A DNA stretch of 64,000 bases, taken from the IMG/VR virus record IMGVR_UViG_2029527005_000007, positions 10,046 through 74,045 of that record; one strand, given 5' to 3'. This stretch comes from a virus. The translations under genes and the position numbers were made by a program. Under the pieces are notes generated by a model that saw only the letters and a program-made list of their open reading frames with translations, did no database searches and was not told the origin of the DNA. Below, one piece after another: positions 57,292 through 64,000 of the stretch. Position 1 is the stretch's first letter. Each line of letters opens with the position of its first letter.

Positions 57292-58383
57292 TTATGCGTT
57301 CATTAGGTCAAGTTGTTTTAACATGGCGATAGCGTGTTTACGGAAATCAACATCATCAATCTGTTTCCAGCGGTTTTCTACCAGCGGAGCAAAACGCTTT
57401 AAGGTTCCGGCGATGCTGTTGGGGGTATAGCTTAACTCATTGCACAGCGCGAAATAGATCTGATAATACTTAACCGCATTGAGCTCAAATCCCCAGATAA
57501 CATTCGGGTTGTAATTGAGGTCGTACTGTTGAGCATTGAAGAAACCTACCAGCTCTGGCGTGAGTTCAGTTTCCAGATAGTTTTGCAACAGCTGATGGGT
57601 TTTCCAGGTACTGGCTTTCATGCTCTTAACCTGATAGGTCAGCATGGCGGTCAGTCCTTTACGCACGCCCACGATGTTGAAGTCCAGCCCTTCACCTTCC
57701 AGCAGTTCACTGTAGCCCACACGATTTACAATGTGCGCGTGCAGTGCATTGAAGTAAGCGAGTTGGTTATGCTGCAAACCAAACTTGGGCGTCACAATGT
57801 TTGCCAGATAGTGATGGATGCCGTGACCGTCATACCGCGGGTCATTCATGTACTTCCACCAACCCACAGCCAGTTCCACAATGTTAATGCCGATATAGGC
57901 AAAGTCATTGCTGTAGTCAAACTGCTGAACACGTTCCCGTTCTGCACTGGGGTTATAAGTCCAGTTTGTCAGGGTAGAGTAAATAGGAACCAGGGGATTC
58001 AACTCCATGAGTTCCAGCTTAGAGAGGTCGCGAGTTTTTTCTAACAGGCAGAAGCATTCTGTACAGCCACCGTAGAACAAGGTATCTTTGTGCACGCCTT
58101 CACGGTTACTGTTAGAGATGATCTTGAACGCAGAACATAAAGAGCGACTGCGGAACTTGGCGTAGGTCATCACGTACTCCAATGTCCACGTGGGGTCAAC
58201 AGCCAACGTTTGCAGTAAGCCAACCAGCATGTTCTGGTTAAACAGATTCAGGTTCTTTTCACCAATACGCTTCCACATTTGGCGAACGTTGTAATTGTTA
58301 TTACGAACGATGTCATTAATGAGCGGGTAACGCATTGGGGAAAGTCGTGAACTGTCTGTCGTATCGACTAAAATAGTTTGCAT
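57292..58383 (-). CDS. Conserved phiKZ-like protein (gp52-like position)
   Basis: 363 aa; opposite-strand gene between the DNA polymerase and chimallin. Confidence 0.65.
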   Translation of the reverse strand: MQTILVDTTDSSRLSPMRYPLINDIVRNNNYNVRQMWKRIGEKNLNLFNQNMLVGLLQTLAVDPTWTLEYVMTYAKFRSRSLCSAFKIISNSNREGVHKDTLFYGGCTECFCLLEKTRDLSKLELMELNPLVPIYSTLTNWTYNPSAERERVQQFDYSNDFAYIGINIVELAVGWWKYMNDPRYDGHGIHHYLANIVTPKFGLQHNQLAYFNALHAHIVNRVGYSELLEGEGLDFNIVGVRKGLTAMLTYQVKSMKASTWKTHQLLQNYLETELTPELVGFFNAQQYDLNYNPNVIWGFELNAVKYYQIYFALCNELSYTPNSIAGTLKRFAPLVENRWKQIDDVDFRKHAIAMLKQLDLMNA

Positions 58384-58504
58384 AATTTTTTACCAGCATT
58401 ACCTATTATATGTACACACATGCGGGCAACCGTGTGGGCCTCGGGGTTACACGCATATTTCGTTATTCACATAACATTTTGCACTCCCCAAAAATATTTC
58501 AAGT

Positions 58505-58522
58505 CTACATTACTAGAGTGTA
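58505..58522 (+). promoter_or_regulatory. Putative early promoter of chmA
   Basis: CTACATTACTAGAGTGTA. Confidence 0.6.
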
Positions 58523-58626
58523 TAAACCATAATGATATTTCATTGACTGTATATCTTATTGTGTTTCTACATTCGAATGTAACAAGAAACCTTAATTAAT
58601 CCAATAGTAGATAATGGAGAAGTACA

Positions 58627-60609
58627 ATGGGCGTTAACCAAAACAATGGCGGTAACAATGCGTGGGAAGACAACGGCGACAACGGTCGTTCCAACGATAA
58701 CCGCAACACCCAATCAAGTGGGCTGACGAGCCTGCTGGGTCTGCTGGGTCAAACCTCTTCGACCTTCACCGGTCGCGCTATTCCGGAAATGAACAAAGTT
58801 CAGGAAGAGCTGCAGAAAGTTTTCAAACAGCGTGGCGAAGATCGTCTCAATACGCTGAAAGCAAAAATCGTCCCGGGCATCGATCTGATCGATCCGAACG
58901 TTTCTCCGATTCTGCCGGGCCTCGTGCTGTGGCTGAAACAAGAGAACACTATCTACATCGCACCGTTCCTGTTCTACGCTAAGAACATGATCGTTGACGT
59001 TGAAGAAGTGGTGATGTACACCGCACAAGCTTCACACCGCGTAAACGTACCGCGTACTCCGTCGGCGTACATTGACAAGCGTCTGAACCACGAGCTGGTC
59101 AACACGTTCAAAACCAACCACGGCAGCTCCCTGAACATCGTTCAGATCGCGGCCGGCGTAATCAACCTGGAACTGTACGGCGACATCCGCAACGATGAGA
59201 AGCGCGTTGTTGACAAGATCCAGGCGTACATGGACCGTGAGTGGGAAACTGGTATTCTGATCGAACTCGTTCGTCAGACCGCTAACACTCCGAACGCCAA
59301 GCTGCCGTCTCCGTTCTTCGGTAACCAGCCTTACGGCGCGAACGGTACTGCTGATGCGCGTATCGCTGCAATCACTACGCCGGTTCACGGTGAAAACGGT
59401 GTCATCCTGCCTGCCAACATGGAAGTAGCGGTGGTTACCACTAACCCGAACCAGTACGGTCAGAACAACCCGAACTCTGACTCTACTCCGCGCGAAGTCT
59501 GCCGCGTTCACGCGAACGTGTCTCTGCTGCCGGTAAACCACGGTGAGTACCTGACCAACATCCGTCGTGCCAACATCAACCCGCTGGGTCTGGGTGGTCC
59601 GATGAACGATGGTTATCGTCCGTTCCGTCCGTGTATCGCACTGAACAACGCGATCGCTGGTCCGCAGATGAACTCCAACGGCGGTATCATTCCGTTCCTG
59701 ATGGGCCTGTACGTGCTGATGTGTGCGAACAACCGTTACGCCTTCGCTGACGTTCTGCGTCGTCCGAAGTGCGGTGTGCGTGGCAACCTGGCTAACCTGG
59801 AGCCGCGTCTGGACAAACTGTTCCAGGACAACCACATCCCGCGTATCGTTGGTCAGAACAGCACCAAGCTGGACAGCAAAACCATCATCGATATCGAGCT
59901 GGTTAACCGCTGGATTCAGCAGCACATCATGCAGCAGGCGATCTTCACTGTGCCTGTGCTGCCTACCGGCGCCAACTCAGCTCTGACCAAACTGCTGATC
60001 GATCTCAATAACCCGACCACTCGTGCGGATGCGGTTAAAGCGATCATGTCTGCAGCGGATGCCATCTCCAACAACGCTTTCTCTAAAGCGGCGGCGGCGA
60101 ACTCTGGCACCGAAGGCAAAGGCTGGAACCCAAGCAAGCCGATCTACCACGCATCTAACATCCTGGTCGTCGACGGTACTGCGCGCTTCAACGGCGAGCT
60201 GTTCAACCTGGGCGAACTGGACGAGATGTCGGTACATCACTTCGCTGGCCCGAACGGCGGTGCGAACGCAGACGTGTTCCTGCGTACCATGTATCAGCAG
60301 AACGATCGTGAAAACCTCAAAGCTCGTCAGCAGCGCCTGCGCATCATGCTGACCGAAGCGATGAACCTGACCGATCTGGAAATCAACGGCTTCGGTCGTG
60401 TAGCTGTGATGGACCCAGGCTTCATGAACCTGCTGGGTACTGTGTTCTCTTCTATCGGCACGCTGAACACCAGCTCTATCTCTGGTAACTTCATGAACAA
60501 CGAAGCAATCTTCGCGCCGGGCACTTCTCTGGCAGTTGATTACGTCGCTGGCGTGAACACCAACCAGCAGGGCGGTGCAAGCTGGGATGCTTACGGCGTT
60601 ATCGGATAA
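58627..60609 (+). CDS. chmA: Chimallin, major nuclear shell protein
   Basis: 660 aa; very strong codon bias; own early promoter and terminator; sits between the gp52-like gene and nvRNAP beta-prime as phiKZ gp54 does. Confidence 0.8.
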   Translation: MGVNQNNGGNNAWEDNGDNGRSNDNRNTQSSGLTSLLGLLGQTSSTFTGRAIPEMNKVQEELQKVFKQRGEDRLNTLKAKIVPGIDLIDPNVSPILPGLVLWLKQENTIYIAPFLFYAKNMIVDVEEVVMYTAQASHRVNVPRTPSAYIDKRLNHELVNTFKTNHGSSLNIVQIAAGVINLELYGDIRNDEKRVVDKIQAYMDREWETGILIELVRQTANTPNAKLPSPFFGNQPYGANGTADARIAAITTPVHGENGVILPANMEVAVVTTNPNQYGQNNPNSDSTPREVCRVHANVSLLPVNHGEYLTNIRRANINPLGLGGPMNDGYRPFRPCIALNNAIAGPQMNSNGGIIPFLMGLYVLMCANNRYAFADVLRRPKCGVRGNLANLEPRLDKLFQDNHIPRIVGQNSTKLDSKTIIDIELVNRWIQQHIMQQAIFTVPVLPTGANSALTKLLIDLNNPTTRADAVKAIMSAADAISNNAFSKAAAANSGTEGKGWNPSKPIYHASNILVVDGTARFNGELFNLGELDEMSVHHFAGPNGGANADVFLRTMYQQNDRENLKARQQRLRIMLTEAMNLTDLEINGFGRVAVMDPGFMNLLGTVFSSIGTLNTSSISGNFMNNEAIFAPGTSLAVDYVAGVNTNQQGGASWDAYGVIG

Positions 60610-60635
60610 CACTGTAGGTTAACCACAAGGACAGG

Positions 60636-60665
60636 TGAGTTGGGGGGAAACCTCCAACTCATTTT
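60636..60665 (+). terminator. Intrinsic terminator after chmA
   Basis: TGAGTTGGGGG-GAAA-CCTCCAACTCA-TTTT. Confidence 0.75.
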
Positions 60666-60692
60666 CCTCTTCTTTATTTTTTATGGTGAAAT

Positions 60693-62336
60693 ATGTTTCC
60701 AACTCCGTCTCCTGAACTCGAAAGAGTGATCTCTAAACTGACCTCTCCTGATTTGGTTGATGTTAACCCAATCGCTAAGTTCCGTGAGTATGCAAAAGGT
60801 GTTGAACATCGTCTTCCCGATGATTTGAAATTTATGTCACCGCATTACCCTGACTTTGAGGATTACAACTATCTTCATGATACGTCGGAATCTACCCCGA
60901 TCTATCTGAACGATTATGACCTCAACATTGAAGAAGATCGCTCTCGGTTAGCTGAGTTGACCCGTATGGAGTTCAACGGCAATACCTTTATGCAGGTCGC
61001 ACAATGTAGTCCGGGTTGCGGAACGCTGAAAGGTAACTACCTTGTGGGTAGTGGCATCAGCTGTCCAAACTGTGGTAACACGGTAGAACTTCATTATGAC
61101 AAACAGCATGAAGTCGGCCTGTGGATTAAAACTCCTGAAGGCGTTGACGCATTCGTGAGTCATTCTTTCTATAACACGTTCTTCTCTTCTATCTGTGTGG
61201 TGAAACAAGGTTCCCAGCGCATTATCATTGCGCGCTATTTCATGGACCCGACCTATCGCCGCGAGATCAAGAAGAAGCACGCCGTTACAGAAATGTTGCT
61301 GTTGAACATTCTCAAGGAACTGGGAATCGACGATATCAGCATGAATGGTTTCTATCGCAATTGTGAATTGCTCATGGCCTACTTCCTCACCGGCCCTGGT
61401 GCAAAACACACGGGATTAAAAGAACGATCGCTCGAAGCCTGGACATTCTGGAACCGATTTAAGCACAAGGCATTCTTCAACTACCTCAAAGTACCGAGCC
61501 GCTTCTCCACAATTCTGGAGCACAACGAGCGCGGCACCTGGGGTGTAGAAGGACAGCCGGAAACCAAACAGATCTACTACACCATCGCAGGGTGTAAACG
61601 ATCCAGTGAGTTCTACCAACTTACTGAGCAGGACAAACGCCGAAACTGTGGTATCGTGGGCGCCAAAATCATTGAGCTCACCGATATGTATATGAAGAAG
61701 TTGAACCGACGCAACATCTTCCACAAAAAGGCAATCAGTCGTAAACACATCTGTTCGGGTAACTTGCCTGTAACAGGTCGTCGTGTTATCACCTCTATCA
61801 CAGGGTTGATCGATCCTAACAAGATCGTGGTGCCGTGGAAGCTGGCTGTGTCGGCACTGGCAGTACACATCACCAACGAGCTTTACCGCAGAGGGTTTAC
61901 GCCACTCAAAGCAATGCGCCATCTCAACATCACCGCCTACAAAGTGGATGACGTTGTTGATGATTTCCTGCGTCGCATGGAAGAGCAGCGTAAGATCCTG
62001 GGTAAGTCTCACCGAAATCCATCAAACGAATATCTGAGTATCAAAGCGTTCTGGGTTGCTGTGAACCGCAGTTTGGATGACGAAAGTCTGAAGATCTCGA
62101 TTCTGGCATGTCCGTCGTACAACGCTGACTTCGATGGTGACCAGATGCCAATTCGTTTCTGTTTGGATAAAGAATCAAAAGCGAAAGCTTATGGTTCGTT
62201 CGGCCATCACCAGACCCTGGATAAGAATGTTCCGTTCCGTGTAAGTGGACTGGCGGGCATGCCGGCTACCCACCTCATGAACCTGAACATGATGATGCAT
62301 GCGATTAAACCGGAATTGGATAATGAACAGCTCTGA
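60693..62336 (+). CDS. Non-virion RNA polymerase beta-prime subunit (gp55/56.1-like)
   Basis: Zn-finger Cys pairs (CSPGC, CPNC), HRNPS, catalytic NADFDGD at 62121-62141. Confidence 0.92.
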   Translation: MFPTPSPELERVISKLTSPDLVDVNPIAKFREYAKGVEHRLPDDLKFMSPHYPDFEDYNYLHDTSESTPIYLNDYDLNIEEDRSRLAELTRMEFNGNTFMQVAQCSPGCGTLKGNYLVGSGISCPNCGNTVELHYDKQHEVGLWIKTPEGVDAFVSHSFYNTFFSSICVVKQGSQRIIIARYFMDPTYRREIKKKHAVTEMLLLNILKELGIDDISMNGFYRNCELLMAYFLTGPGAKHTGLKERSLEAWTFWNRFKHKAFFNYLKVPSRFSTILEHNERGTWGVEGQPETKQIYYTIAGCKRSSEFYQLTEQDKRRNCGIVGAKIIELTDMYMKKLNRRNIFHKKAISRKHICSGNLPVTGRRVITSITGLIDPNKIVVPWKLAVSALAVHITNELYRRGFTPLKAMRHLNITAYKVDDVVDDFLRRMEEQRKILGKSHRNPSNEYLSIKAFWVAVNRSLDDESLKISILACPSYNADFDGDQMPIRFCLDKESKAKAYGSFGHHQTLDKNVPFRVSGLAGMPATHLMNLNMMMHAIKPELDNEQL

Positions 62337-62967
62337 TCTTTTTGCATTTGGTATTTCTGGTTCGCAGACTGAACAGTCTATCGGCCAATACCAAGCCTTC
62401 GTTAACCAAAGCAATGCCGTCGCACCCTCCGGTATTTCCTCATGGCTGAAAGACAAAGTTGACGGGTTACAACAGAACTTCATAGGTTTTGTTAATTCCC
62501 GTCTGTGGGAGTACTCAACACGCTTGCTGGGTGAAGGCAGTGGTGAGTACGTGGGTCGGTTTGATATCGGCTATCTCAGAACCATTGAGGGTCTGCAGAG
62601 CGCCGAAGGTCTGATGCAGAACTACATCATGGCAAACCCGAATGTGATGAAACTCTATCAAGATGACATCATTGAAGGTTACGGCGGTAACTTCTCTCCG
62701 CTGTGTAAAGGCATTGGTCGGGATAACTTGTTCTTCCGTCAAGCCACTAATGGTGTAACGCGTCAAGAAGGTGAAGGCGAAGATCGTCACTGGCTTCGCA
62801 CCCACTTCCAAGACTCAATCGGTAATGCGTTGAGTTTCCGCGAACGTGTGGACATCCAAAAAACGTGGATGGCAGTGGATCACCATATCGCAACAACCTA
62901 TCTGGACATTACCAGTCCGTTGGGCAAAGCGCGTAAAGACCACGAAACCGAAACCAAAGAAATGTAA
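62323..62967 (+). CDS. Conserved hypothetical protein of the chmA/nvRNAP block
   Basis: ATG 62323 overlapping the RNAP end; 214 aa. Confidence 0.7.
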   Translation: MNSSDLFAFGISGSQTEQSIGQYQAFVNQSNAVAPSGISSWLKDKVDGLQQNFIGFVNSRLWEYSTRLLGEGSGEYVGRFDIGYLRTIEGLQSAEGLMQNYIMANPNVMKLYQDDIIEGYGGNFSPLCKGIGRDNLFFRQATNGVTRQEGEGEDRHWLRTHFQDSIGNALSFRERVDIQKTWMAVDHHIATTYLDITSPLGKARKDHETETKEM

Positions 62968-62971
62968 GCTC

Positions 62972-63003
62972 AACTACTGCCTCCTCACCGGGGCAGTAGT
63001 TTC
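62972..63003 (+). terminator. Stem-loop/terminator
   Basis: AACTACTGCC...GGCAGTAGTT-TC. Confidence 0.55.
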
Positions 63004-63016
63004 ATTAGGAGTTGTT

Positions 63017-63373
63017 ATGGAAGTACAGAACGTTGAATATGAATTCTCGCAATCCTGCACCACGGCTATGTTGCGCCATGATCCCTCTGCACCTTTGCGT
63101 TTGGCGAAGCTGTGGTACAAAGACGGCAGCAAAGAAGGGCGCACTTGCGACATCGAAATTGGCGACGTGGAATCGCGTATCAAGAAAGGTGAGTTCTTTG
63201 TACAGCGTCAGTACACACTCTCTATGCCAATGAAAGGTTTCAAAGCCGAAGTCTCTGGCAGTATTGATACGGACAATGATATCCATACATGCGATATCGA
63301 AATCTTACGCCAAACCGCCAATGGATGGGAAGTGGTTGCTGATCCCGTCTATACACTGACTCTGTTTTATTAA
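63017..63373 (+). CDS. Hypothetical protein
   Basis: AGGAG RBS before ATG 63017. Confidence 0.7.
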   Translation: MEVQNVEYEFSQSCTTAMLRHDPSAPLRLAKLWYKDGSKEGRTCDIEIGDVESRIKKGEFFVQRQYTLSMPMKGFKAEVSGSIDTDNDIHTCDIEILRQTANGWEVVADPVYTLTLFY

Positions 63374-63425
63374 TCGAATTTGGTTCCCTCGTGGTGAGGG
63401 AGCTTTAACCCAGGAGTAAAGAAGT

Positions 63426-64000
63426 ATGAACCCGAATGACGTTAGTACCGTAATCTGTTATCACCACGATCTTCCTCGCATACAGGAAACGTTTGGTGAG
63501 GGTGTTGTTTTCCCGAAAAATGTTACCAACATTGTGGCTGTTGACGGCACAAGTCGCGCTGTTCTTAAAACCACGCTGCTGCGTAACAAAGAAGGTTTTT
63601 CAGGTAAACCGGTGATCAGTTCAATGATGCTGAAAGGTATCAAAGAAAAACCGTTAACACCTGAGCTCTCCATTAAACACGGTGAAAGCAACCGCGTCGT
63701 TGCCAAGTTAGACTTTGGTGACGTCAGCTTTACGCAGGTGTTCACTCGCTTCCCTAAAGACCGCCATTGTGAATCGGTGTTCTTTGGCGGTAATCTGCTT
63801 GACGTGACAAGCCACCGCTTGTACCAAACGTACTTGCACCGTGAGGCCGTGATGAACAATAACAGTCTGATACCTGTGTTATCTCCACGGTTTGTAAGAA
63901 CAATGCTGCGTCAGCCGGTGTTTAAAATCCTTGGTCCGCATCGTGAAATTCATTACGAAGTTGTTCGCGAAACCACCAATCAGCATGTTGAGAAAATGAA
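63426..64000 (+). CDS. Hypothetical protein (runs off the window edge)
   Basis: AGGAG RBS; open frame MNPNDVSTVICYHHDLPRIQE... to the end of the window. Confidence 0.65.
   Translation, partial: MNPNDVSTVICYHHDLPRIQETFGEGVVFPKNVTNIVAVDGTSRAVLKTTLLRNKEGFSGKPVISSMMLKGIKEKPLTPELSIKHGESNRVVAKLDFGDVSFTQVFTRFPKDRHCESVFFGGNLLDVTSHRLYQTYLHREAVMNNNSLIPVLSPRFVRTMLRQPVFKILGPHREIHYEVVRETTNQHVEKM

Noticed and set aside
58714-60612. Long minus-strand ORFs antisense to chimallin
   Set aside because: Same codon-bias shadow effect
1-64000. Stop-codon reassignment, as in some jumbo phages
   Set aside because: The standard code yields full-length, tightly packed genes; the one clear break is a frameshift, not an in-frame stop

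Overview
This 64-kb window is part of a phiKZ-related, nucleus-forming jumbo phage genome (Chimalliviridae; gene order matches SPN3US-type enterobacterial giant phages as I recall it, not by alignment). Left to right it encodes: a gp182-like virion protein (truncated at the edge); a 2547-aa tail/tape-measure protein with C-terminal GH19 and M15 peptidoglycan-hydrolase domains; virion RNAP beta-prime and beta subunits; a muralytic enzyme; head proteins and the prohead protease; an island of small promoter-gene-terminator units; tail tube and sheath; baseplate/virion genes, one split by a +1 frameshift; a large terminase interrupted by a class 3 (WCT) intein; dTMP kinase; a free-standing HNH endonuclease; an AT-rich double inverted-repeat locus; an HslV/proteasome-beta-like protein; tRNA-Asn and tRNA-Ser; glutaredoxin; a 1.2-kb hairpin-dense region with no convincing ORF that contains a candidate 225-nt multibranch ncRNA; PhuZ tubulin; a split family B DNA polymerase part; chimallin; and a non-virion RNAP beta-prime subunit. 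A recurrent CTAYATTAC early-promoter motif and many intrinsic terminators are visible. The strongest leads are the candidate ncRNA cluster, the intein, the AT-rich repeat locus, the two-enzyme tail tip, two exported Cys-paired proteins and the HslV-like protein. No database searches or folding programs were run; phiKZ/SPN3US gene equivalences come from recalled motifs and synteny.
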